Assembly (NCBI GenBank): GCA_043802785.1
Contig: JAZDKR010000010.1
Span: forward strand, 1-60,035
Direction of reading: 5' to 3'
Length of the DNA stretch: 60,035 bases
Source: Elusimicrobiota bacterium
GTDB taxonomy: Bacteria > Elusimicrobiota > UBA8919
Shown here piece after piece: positions 39,806 to 47,587 of this stretch. The position numbers and the translations under genes are program-made. The notes beneath the pieces are model-generated. The model did no database searches and was not told the origin of the DNA. It worked only from the letters and a program-made list of their open reading frames with translations. The number at the start of each line of letters is the position of its first letter. Within the stretch, counting starts at the first letter, position 1.

Positions 39806-39952
39806 TTACCTCCTGTTTTTTCTCGGCTGGTCCCAGTACGGCGATTTGCAGTGCGGACAAATCCGGATTTCGGTTAATTTTTTATACGGTTTCCATACAA
39901 ACCCGCACCGTTCACATGTAATTTGCCAAACCTTTATTTGCACCTTTTTCAT
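39806..39952 (-). CDS. 48-aa zinc-ribbon protein
   Basis: Manual translation MKKVQIKVWQITCERCGFVWKPYKKLTEIRICPHCKSPYWDQPRKNRR; two CxxC motifs, upstream SD and promoter. Not in the ORF track. Confidence 0.75.
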   Translation of the reverse strand: MKKVQIKVWQITCERCGFVWKPYKKLTEIRICPHCKSPYWDQPRKNRR

Positions 39953-39969
39953 TTTTACCTTCCTTTCAT

Positions 39970-39997
39970 AGTATAATTAAAAAAGTAAGTATGTCAA
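39970..39997 (-). promoter_or_regulatory. Sigma70-type promoter of the Zn-ribbon/nuclease operon
   Basis: TTGACA-16 nt-TATACT. Confidence 0.6.
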
Positions 39998-40151
39998 GTA
40001 ATTTCTTTATTTTCTAAATTTTTTTATTTTGAGGTATATTATATAAATGTGATTCTATAAAATTATTTATAGTATTTTTAATTATTTTGTCAAGTGGGTT
40101 TTTCTATATCTTCCCTTTGATCGATTCGTGGAATATCACCATTTTCTTGTT

Positions 40152-40277
40152 CTAATAATCTCTTAATTCCATTAGTTTCTCCCTGCTTATCTCTGGTTTC
40201 GGGCATCTCCCTCTGTTCCAGTCCCACAGTTTTTGTTCCAGATCTTCTAATCCCTGATTCTTTTCTAACATACTCAT
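40152..40277 (-). CDS. Possible 41-aa hypothetical protein
   Basis: MSMLEKNQGLEDLEQKLWDWNRGRCPKPEISREKLMELRDY, preceded by a GAGGTG SD; no family recognised. Confidence 0.35.
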   Translation of the reverse strand: MSMLEKNQGLEDLEQKLWDWNRGRCPKPEISREKLMELRDY

Positions 40278-40482
40278 AAATCTCACCTCTCTTGTATTTA
40301 GTTTATAGCAAATTTAATAAATGGTTTTTATTTTAGTTTTTTTGACTTCGTAGGATTTGATTTTAGCCACGATAAAAATTCTTTGATATGCCAGCAACTC
40401 AAAAATCAAAAAATAAATGAGCTATATTTGTTTTCTCATCGGTAATTTCATTTTTTTATTTTGAGATATGTTCTAATATAAA

Positions 40483-41792
40483 TTATCTTTCTAATCCAAA
40501 AGTTCTTTCTAATCCAAAAGTGGATTCTTTTTCGTTTTGTATATTTTTTATTGTTCTTCTCTTTAATTCATCAGGTACACTTTTTAGAATTTCTTCATAG
40601 TCATTGACCAATGCCTCGTCCGACTTGTCGAACAATGCCACATAACAAGTACTAGATGCTCGCGTCCAAAAACTTTTTGCGACTTGGTGTTCCGTGTCTG
40701 TTATGTCGATTTTTCTGTCAAGATTAAAGAAATTGACAATATCTTCCAATATCGTGCTGACTAATTCCTTAAAATTTTCTTTGTGCTCGGCAAGATAAAT
40801 AATTCTCTCAGTTATAGTTTTCAAAGTCCCGTGATGATTGGTTTCTCGATTATATTCTTGAGTGATGTATCCAAGTGCTTTTTTATTGATGTAAACCTGT
40901 GAATCAAACTCAATACCAAATGAGTCACCCTGCTTGCTAACAGAAAATGGGATGTAAAAGATTGGGTATTTGGCATTATTGAAAGTAATATCGCAAAAAT
41001 AAAGATAGAATTCTTGCTTGTCTAAAATAGTTCTGTTGCGTTCCATTTCGTAAATTTCTACGAATAAATCACCTACCTGAAAATTTTCAAAAAACGAAAC
41101 GATATTTGATTTAGCATCTTTAACCTCAAAAATATCTTTAAGCTGCTTTGCAACATCAACCTTTGCTTCTGCTAAAATCAGTTTTATAACTTCGGAAATT
41201 TTATTTTCAAGCAAGGTCCCGAGAACGGCAGTCAATTCTTCCTCCATGAGGTAAATTTCATTCTCGTCGCCCAAATTCAAATTTTCTAATGGCTTTTCAA
41301 GGTTACTGATAAATGGCAATACCAGTTCGGTTTTGATTACTTTTGCCGCAGATTCAAGAGAGGTTGTAAGAGCTTGATCATATTCTTTCAGATGAAGTGC
41401 AGAATATTTTTCAATCTCATTGGCTATCTGGTCGATTATCTTTGAAATCTGCTCGGTGTTAATTTTATCTAATTGCAGTTTAATAAGATCGAGGAGATTC
41501 TTGGGTATGTTTGTCCGGTAAATCCCTTTTTGAATTGTGTCGAGAGCATTTTTATCAAAACCGTGAGTGATTGCTTCCCATACGAGTGCGTTAAACGAGG
41601 GATATTTATTGAGATTAATGCCGATGAGAAGATTTGAACTATTGCGAAATTGAATGCTTCTTTTTGGATTACGCCGCTTATGGAAATCTGTTTCCAAGAG
41701 AAGTCCATAAAATACTTGGCGACTTCTTTAATGAATGCCAAACCGTCTTTGCGATCTATTTTCTTACTTTTTTTATTTGTAGAGGATGACAT
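40483..41792 (-). pseudogene. Frameshifted and truncated N-terminal part of a large AAA/helicase-like protein
   Basis: The ORF from 41792 (MSSSTNKK...KYFMDF) continues after a +2 TC slip at about 41698-41703 into LETDFHKRR (ORF 40483-41697). The tail ends in an 18-bp tandem duplication (TFGLER x2). The helicase assignment is inference. Confidence 0.65.
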
Positions 41793-41796
41793 AATG

Positions 41797-41970
41797 TTAT
41801 TTCATCAAATTATCAAGCGAAACGCTGAGGGCTTTGGCGATTTTGCTTGTCGTGTCCATTGTCGGGCTCTGTATTGCGCCCGACTCCAATTTCACGACCG
41901 TGTTGTAGGAAATATCAGCCAATTTAAAAAGCCTGTCTGGAGACAAGCCCTTTAATTTGTTTCCTCGCAA
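41797..41970 (-). CDS. XRE-family helix-turn-helix regulator, probably N-terminally truncated
   Basis: Manual translation ...KGLSPDRLFKLADISYNTVVKLESGAIQSPTMDTTSKIAKALSVSLDNLMK*, a Cro/C1-type HTH; the stop is 4 nt before the next ATG. Confidence 0.75.
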   Translation of the reverse strand: MRGNKLKGLSPDRLFKLADISYNTVVKLESGAIQSPTMDTTSKIAKALSVSLDNLMK

Positions 41971-42040
41971 ATCTGCCCGCCGAAGCGAGGGGCTAAGCCC
42001 CGAGCGAGGCGACTAATTCAATATGGTGGAGGTGGCGGGA

Positions 42041-42694
42041 CACATAACCCACTTATTACTAAGTGGCGTGGACTATTTCTTCACCCCGATTATTTATCGG
42101 GGGATCGGCGTATTATAGAAGGCATAAATTTACCGCTGATTAAGTTTTCTGATTTCCCTAACAAGTTTCATCTTCTTTTCCAACATTTCTTTTGAATATC
42201 TTCCATTTCTCGGTGTTACTTTTTTATACTTGTTGAGAATTAGCAGCGCTTGCGGCTTTTTAATAATCAGAAAATCCTTAATATTACCGAGAACTTCCAT
42301 AACTCTGCCGGCTCTGTTGATTTGCCATCCATATGACAAACTATGGGTTGGCTTGCGAGGATATTTTTTCACAATGCTTCCGCATTTTAACTTTCTTTTC
42401 ACCCATTTCAAAACTTTCAAATTATTGTTTGAAATACTCAGTTGAGGTTGCGGAAACTGACCTTTGTTTGACACGGTCAATGTTATTGATCCTTCGCCAT
42501 CAATGAGACCAGCCAGATATGCTTTCTCCGTAATGACCAGCGGTATCACCTCCTATCTTTCCGTTAACCGGAAAAGTCTCTGCAGGGCTTTCACCCCTCA
42601 AGATTACCCGTCCCGATATGCCATCGGGATTAGGGCTTCCTTGATGTAAGCCGATTTTTGTCATTCGAATCGCTTCGGAAGTCGACTCTTTTGA
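42041..42694 (-). mobile_element. Group I intron (IA-like, 654 nt) in the tmRNA T-loop
   Basis: P1 TCGAT/GTCGA with a U-G pair at the 5' splice site; P3 ATCGGC/GCCGAT; P7 GAGACT/ATAGTCC; P8 CCCCGAT/ATCGGGG; P9 CCACTTA-GTAA-TAAGTGG; terminal G at 42041. Confidence 0.92.
42130..42549 (-). CDS. Single-motif LAGLIDADG homing endonuclease (intron-encoded)
   Basis: AYLAGLIDGEGSI motif; about 139 aa; located inside the intron between P7 and P3'. Confidence 0.93.
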   Translation of the reverse strand: MIPLVITEKAYLAGLIDGEGSITLTVSNKGQFPQPQLSISNNNLKVLKWVKRKLKCGSIVKKYPRKPTHSLSYGWQINRAGRVMEVLGNIKDFLIIKKPQALLILNKYKKVTPRNGRYSKEMLEKKMKLVREIRKLNQR

Positions 42695-43043
42695 ATCGAA
42701 CCCGCGTCCGAAAATAACGCCTGATGGTTACTACAGACATAGTCGGTGTTTTGTTTCACATTAAACCGCTTCCGCCGACAGAATCTGTTTAACGCTATCT
42801 GCTGAATTTCGCCATCGGTAACGCAGCATCACCGACAACTATTCTGCTTTATAACACCTTGCCCCAATCTCGCAGAAAAAAGATTGGGAAGGCGGCTTAA
42901 CGCGGTTTAAGCGTAAGCAACTACCGGTGAATAATTGGCAGTTATTTTGTGTAACCGATTTTTAACGCAGCCGTTCGGTTAACTGCGGTCTGCAACACAT
43001 CAAACAAATATTCCCGTCGAAACCTGTTCACCCCCATAAAGGC

Positions 43044-43151
43044 AGGGTGTAGGGGTTAGGGTGTAGGGTGTAGCGGTTGATGTAAATCAACGATTTTAGC
43101 GAATTTACATTCGCCGCTACTAATCCCCCTATCCCCTATCCCCTATCCCCT
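43044..43151. repeat. GGGTGTA / CCCCTAT heptamer element with a 70-bp core
   Basis: 43082-43151 is identical to 49311-49380. Confidence 0.85.
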
Positions 43152-43589
43152 CCTCATTTCTCTTTCTACTTCCCTTTCTCTAATTGTTTCTCTTTTATCC
43201 CAAAGTTTTTTGCCTTTGGCAACGGCTATTTCAACTTTCACTAAACCGTTTCTGAAATATATTTCCGTCGGAACAATTGCAAAACCTTTTTCATTAACTT
43301 TATTTTGAAGTTTTATTATTTCTTTTTTATGAAGAAGAAGTTTTCTGGGTCTTTGAGGATTATATTCTTTTTCTAATCCACCGGAAGTAAATTTGTATGG
43401 ACTTATGTTTATGTTATACAAAAAAATCTCGTTTTTCTCAATATTGACATAGCCATCTTTCAGGTCAACCTTTCCGTCCCTTGCAGATTTAACCTCTCCG
43501 CCGTCAAGCACAATGCCTGCTTCGTAGGTTTCAAATATCTCATAATTGAATCTTGCTTTCCTGTTGGTTGATATAATTTTTTTGTTCAT
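43143..43589 (-). CDS. smpB: SsrA-binding protein
   Basis: NRKARFNY, EAGIVLDGGEVKS, RKLLLHKKEI and KGKKLWDKRE motifs. Confidence 0.97.
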   Translation of the reverse strand: MNKKIISTNRKARFNYEIFETYEAGIVLDGGEVKSARDGKVDLKDGYVNIEKNEIFLYNINISPYKFTSGGLEKEYNPQRPRKLLLHKKEIIKLQNKVNEKGFAIVPTEIYFRNGLVKVEIAVAKGKKLWDKRETIREREVEREMRRG

Positions 43590-43608
43590 AATGCTGATTT
43601 TAATACCG

Positions 43609-43811
43609 TTGAAAAAGTCATCAACAGTATTGATTACACAGATTTCAAAAACCGATTACATTCACCCCGCACCTTTCTGTAAAAATTCGTAAGCAATCTT
43701 CCCAATCTGCAGGGGAAAAGGTGCGGGGCAGGGATAACACCGTCGGGTCTTAATCCGTGTAATCCTGTCTTTTACCCCGATGTAACATCGGGGGATTGTT
43801 GAGTTTTTCAA
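43609..43811. repeat. Nested inverted-repeat composite in the smpB leader
   Basis: Three concentric IR pairs plus a CCCCGATGTAACATCGGGG hairpin (detailed in findings). Confidence 0.75.
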
Positions 43812-43818
43812 TAATTTT

Positions 43819-43847
43819 ATTATACCAAATTTTTACAAATTTTACAA
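43819..43847 (-). promoter_or_regulatory. Sigma70-type promoter of smpB-ssrA
   Basis: TTGTAA-17 nt-TATAAT with an extended -10 (TGG). Confidence 0.6.
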
Positions 43848-43876
43848 TTGACTAATTTCTATTTTTATTGTAGAAT
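43848..43876 (+). promoter_or_regulatory. Divergent sigma70-type promoter of tRNA-Leu/pfkB
   Basis: TTGACT-17 nt-TAGAAT. Confidence 0.6.
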
Positions 43877-43931
43877 CTGCGCAGAGGATTTATTCTCGCT
43901 AATAAGCGAACCTAAAGGTTCGCACTACATT

Positions 43932-44015
43932 GGGCGCGTGGCGAAACTGGCAGACGCGCTAGCTTCAGGAGCTAGTGCCCGTAGGGGCTTGGAGGTTCAA
44001 ATCCTCTCGCGCCCA
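43932..44015 (+). tRNA. tRNA-Leu (anticodon CAG)
   Basis: GGGCGCG/CGCGCCC acceptor stem, CTAGC-TTCAGGA-GCTAG anticodon arm, long variable arm, GGAGG-TTCAAAT-CCTCT T-arm. Confidence 0.95.
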
Positions 44016-44139
44016 AGAGAGGCAAAGAATGGAGATTAGAAAATTATGAGATTTAGAGATTTGGGAACTACTTTTTAGCATAATAATTCCCTAATCTCCT
44101 AATCTCATGTTTTTTAATCTCTTAATCTCCGATGTTAAT

Positions 44140-45102
44140 ATGTCCATTCTTGTTGTTGGTTCTGTAGCATTAGATTCAATTAAAACACCTTCCGGAGAAA
44201 AAAAAGATATTCTGGGTGGGTCGGCTACATATTTTTCTTACTCTGCAAGTTTTTTTGCCCCGCCTGGCGGGATTAATCTCGTCGCAGTCGTCGGCAGTGA
44301 TTTTCCAAAAGAGCATATTGAACTTTTAAAATCAAGAAATATAAATCTTGAAGGGCTCAAAATGGTTGAGGGACAGACATTCCGGTGGAGCGGTTCTTAC
44401 GAGCATGATATGAATGAAGCAAAAACGCTTTCAACCTGTCTCAATGTGTTTGAAACATTTAAGCCGGAAATTCCCGAGTCATACAAAAACAGCGAATTCA
44501 TTTTTCTCGCCAATATAGACCCCGATTTACAGATGGATGTTTTGTCACAAATTAAAAAGCCAAAATTGATTGCTGCCGATTCAATGAATCTCTGGGTAAA
44601 AATAAAAAAACCTTCCTTGCTAAAACTTCTCTCTAAAATTGATATTTTGGTAATCAATGACGGGGAGGCACGACTCTTGACAGAGCAGTCGAGTTTAATA
44701 AAAGCAGGAAGAATAATTTTGGATTACGGTCTGAAATATGTTGTAATAAAAAAAGGGGGACACGGCTCACTATTGTTTTCCCAGAAGGGGTCTATTCAGA
44801 CAAAAGACGGATTTTTTTCGGCACCGGCATATCCGATTGAAGAGGTTTTTGACCCAACAGGCGCGGGTGATACATTCGCAGGCGGATTTTTCGGATACCT
44901 TGCCAACAGTAGGCACTCTGGAAGTGCAAAACTAAACCTACAAGATCCCACCGAGAATGATTTAAGAAAAGCGGTTATTTACGGAAGTGTTATGGCATCA
45001 TTTAATGTTGAGGATTTTTCGTTAGAAAGAATGAAACGGCTGCAACCCGCCGAAATTGAAACCCGCTACAAAAAATTCAAAGAAATAACACATTTTAGAT
45101 AA
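44140..45102 (+). CDS. PfkB-family carbohydrate/nucleoside kinase
   Basis: VVGSVALD, LGGSATY and DPTGAGDTFAGGF motifs. Start moved to ATG 44140. Confidence 0.92.
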   Translation: MSILVVGSVALDSIKTPSGEKKDILGGSATYFSYSASFFAPPGGINLVAVVGSDFPKEHIELLKSRNINLEGLKMVEGQTFRWSGSYEHDMNEAKTLSTCLNVFETFKPEIPESYKNSEFIFLANIDPDLQMDVLSQIKKPKLIAADSMNLWVKIKKPSLLKLLSKIDILVINDGEARLLTEQSSLIKAGRIILDYGLKYVVIKKGGHGSLLFSQKGSIQTKDGFFSAPAYPIEEVFDPTGAGDTFAGGFFGYLANSRHSGSAKLNLQDPTENDLRKAVIYGSVMASFNVEDFSLERMKRLQPAEIETRYKKFKEITHFR

Positions 45103-45233
45103 GAAACAAATTGTATCCGCACCCATTGTATTTCATTGTTTTGCATAACAAGTTCAATGTGTTAGTGCAATAACTGATTGCAAAATGCTACAAGGTTCAA
45201 TTTTATAAAAAATATTCTTAAGCGGAAATTATA

Positions 45234-46304
45234 ATGAAAAATAAGAAAATGCTGAAAATGAAAATTACTATATTTTGTCTCTTTTGTCTCTTTTGTTTAT
45301 ATAATACATCTTTTTGCGAGGATAGGGAAAAAATTGCAGTAATGGATATCCGTGCATATGGAGTTGAAAAAGAAGTAGCAACGACTGTGAATGAGTTCAT
45401 TCGAAATGATTTATTTGAAATGGGAAAATATGATGTAATTGAACGGTCACAGATTGAGTTGGTTTTAAAAGAACAACGATTACAACTAACCGGAGCTTTA
45501 AATAGTAAAGAAGTCATAAAAGTGGGTGAAATATTGGGTGTAAAAAAAATAATATTGGGTAGTTTCTCCCGTTTGAAACAAAAGTATTTTCTTATTTTAA
45601 GAATTGTTGATGTTGAAAATGCACGTGTTTTATCTTCTAAAACTGAAGAATGTACATCTGAAAATGAGTTAAGAGAAATGAGTAAAAAAATTGTATCGCG
45701 TTTGGTTTCTGCAGCCATTATTTTTAAAACGAAAACAGAAGAAGAGGAATTACGTTTGAGGTATGGGGAATTAGATGATAAAATAAATAATAATATGGGT
45801 GACTCATCACGAGATACATATACACCTTTAGGAATAGCTAATGGAATAGGTTGTGGTGCTCTAATGTCATCACTATTAAATAAATCAAAATTAAATCCAT
45901 ACATTATTACTGGTGGAGGAGTAATTGGAGGATTACTAGGATATAGAAATGGAAAATCCATAGACCGAGCAAAAGCGATTTTAACAGTTTATCCTGAAAT
46001 TAAAGAAATATCTGAATCTGAAAAAGGAGCTGGATGGAGCATTGCGTCTACAATTATAGGTTTACCTTACGGATTGGTTGCAGGTGTTATTGCCACTGCA
46101 ATAACTAATAGTTGGGAATCGCAAGGTTGGATAGTTGTTGGTATAATAGGCGGCGGAGTTGGTGGATATATAATTGGCAATAATATCGACCGTAGTGATG
46201 CTATTAACAGAATATATAGTCGTGAATACAAAGGCAAAAAATTATCTTTTTATTTTTATCAAAACGACGGAACAAAATATGCCGGCATCAATATTGATTA
46301 CTAA
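45234..46304 (+). CDS. Secreted/membrane protein with a CsgG/FlgO-like N-terminal domain and glycine-zipper-like repeats
   Basis: Signal-like N-terminus; IAVMD...YDVIERSQIELVLKEQRLQLTG...RIVDVE segment; C-terminal GGVIGG-type hydrophobic repeats. Confidence 0.65.
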   Translation: MKNKKMLKMKITIFCLFCLFCLYNTSFCEDREKIAVMDIRAYGVEKEVATTVNEFIRNDLFEMGKYDVIERSQIELVLKEQRLQLTGALNSKEVIKVGEILGVKKIILGSFSRLKQKYFLILRIVDVENARVLSSKTEECTSENELREMSKKIVSRLVSAAIIFKTKTEEEELRLRYGELDDKINNNMGDSSRDTYTPLGIANGIGCGALMSSLLNKSKLNPYIITGGGVIGGLLGYRNGKSIDRAKAILTVYPEIKEISESEKGAGWSIASTIIGLPYGLVAGVIATAITNSWESQGWIVVGIIGGGVGGYIIGNNIDRSDAINRIYSREYKGKKLSFYFYQNDGTKYAGINIDY

Positions 46305-46335
46305 TGAAGAACAAGTTGTGAAATTAAAAAATTAC

Positions 46336-47136
46336 TTACCTAAAACTATATCTTAATCTTACGCCTAAGTAATCTTGCTCTAACTTCAAAGAAAAATCAT
46401 TTTTATCTTTTTTATCATAGAAATTGTATGTGATTAACGCATCCGTAATTCCTATTAAAGAGCCAACTATTATGTCGTTTTCGTGATGCCAATGGTCATT
46501 TACTCTCGTCCAAGCAATCCAAGAAGCCGTAGATTCTGACAATATCGGAACAGCATATTTTAAAAAAATATTTTGAGTGTGTTTATATGTATACAAACCC
46601 AAATAAGTGAACATTGCAAAAGATTGTGCAGAATGTCCAGAAAAAAAACTCTTCTTATCAGTTTTTTCTCCGCGGATTTTTGCATTATCGTAATTGGGTC
46701 TTTTTCTTTCAACTATAGATTTCGTCAGTTCCGTCATAAAGTATGTGCTGTTTAGACACATCCAATATCCCTTAAAATGATTATATTTGTCATCTTTGTT
46801 CGCCCACATAATTGAAAAAGGAATAGATACCATCGGTACAAGTAAATATTCACTATGAACGGTCTCACTTTTGTAGCTCTTTTCTTCCGAAGACATTTTA
46901 ATAATTCCAAAATTAACAAAATGCAAACTCGTGGCAGCCAAATTTAAACCTATAATTGTTTTCCATTCTTTATCAAATTTATATTTTTGAAAAAATGCTC
47001 CACCTGAATTAGCGTAAATAAAATTGCTTGAAAGAATAAAACTAACTATAATAATAATTTTTTTTCTTGTCAATGGCTTTTTTGGGAAAGTCCTCTTCGG
47101 CATTCTTACTGTATTTACATCTGATCCAGTGACCAT
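46336..47136 (-). CDS. PAP2-family phosphatase (start uncertain, possibly 47103 or later)
   Basis: KSIVERKRP, SFFSGHS and RVNDHWHHENDI phosphatase motifs. Confidence 0.85.
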   Translation of the reverse strand: MVTGSDVNTVRMPKRTFPKKPLTRKKIIIIVSFILSSNFIYANSGGAFFQKYKFDKEWKTIIGLNLAATSLHFVNFGIIKMSSEEKSYKSETVHSEYLLVPMVSIPFSIMWANKDDKYNHFKGYWMCLNSTYFMTELTKSIVERKRPNYDNAKIRGEKTDKKSFFSGHSAQSFAMFTYLGLYTYKHTQNIFLKYAVPILSESTASWIAWTRVNDHWHHENDIIVGSLIGITDALITYNFYDKKDKNDFSLKLEQDYLGVRLRYSFR

Positions 47137-47354
47137 ATGGGAACACTGATATATTTATTTGGTTGTTTGTCTTCTGCCAATTTTTCCTCCATTTGATTGG
47201 ATACTTTAGCAGAAAGCCAGATTTCTCCGCATTGGGAACAAATTTCTGCCGGAACATCTCCAAAAACAACCAATTCTTTGTCTCAACGTTCTTCTAATGT
47301 AATCAATTTTCGTTCTTTCTTACCCCCACAAATAGCGAACACTGTTTCAGCCAT
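47115..47354 (-). pseudogene. YgiT-type zinc-finger (MqsA-like antitoxin) pseudogene
   Basis: MAETVFAICGGKKERKLITLEER*DKELVVFGDVPAEICSQCGEIWLS...; internal TGA at 47283-47285 and the first Cys of the first CxxC is lost. Confidence 0.7.
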
Positions 47355-47425
47355 TTTTTTGGGTCTAACCAGTGAACGGTAATAAAGTGGATTAATTCTG
47401 GGCTAACTGCACATTGAACTTGTTT
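47345..47425 (-). pseudogene. C-terminal remnant of a DUF4258-like toxin gene
   Basis: Frame reads VQCAVSPELIHFITVHWLDPKKW, resembling the DUF4258 C-terminus, overlapping the YgiT-type start. Confidence 0.5.
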
Positions 47426-47587
47426 TAAGACAATTCAAGATGATAACGGACTAACTAAAACGAGATTGCTTCGGGACTCTCGCCTCGCTGAAGCGAGAGC
47501 GAAGCGGGTCGTCCCTCGCAATGACACCTGCCTGCTCGCCTCTCTGCGAAACAGTCCGTCAGGCAGGTCTGTCTAAATCATATTCCA

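Larger units (their letters stand above)
42024..43035 (-). ncRNA. ssrA: tmRNA interrupted by a group I intron (exon 1 43035-42695, exon 2 42040-42024)
   Basis: 5' GGGGGTGAACAGGTTTCGAC; tag ORF 42939-42907 ANYSPVVAYA*; the spliced 3' end GCGGG-TTCGATT-CCCGC-CACCTCC-ACCA pairs with the 5' GGGGGTG; lies directly downstream of smpB. Confidence 0.95.

Noticed and set aside
41650-41955. Plus-strand 101-aa ORF
   Set aside because: It is the antisense shadow of the XRE-HTH and helicase-like genes on the minus strand.
45158-45190. attC-like GCATAAC...GTTAGTGC upstream of the AT-rich accessory genes
   Set aside because: Far too short for an attC site, not repeated, and no integron integrase is present.
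45218-45961. 247-aa minus-strand ORF and the many other short antisense ORFs in the track
   Set aside because: They lie opposite well-supported genes and have no recognisable motifs; treated as shadow ORFs.
47283-47285. In-frame TGA suggesting recoding (Trp/Gly/Sec)
   Set aside because: TGA is the normal stop of uppS (4692-4694) and the ThiD2 gene, long genes show no internal TGA, and the ORF has other signs of decay.
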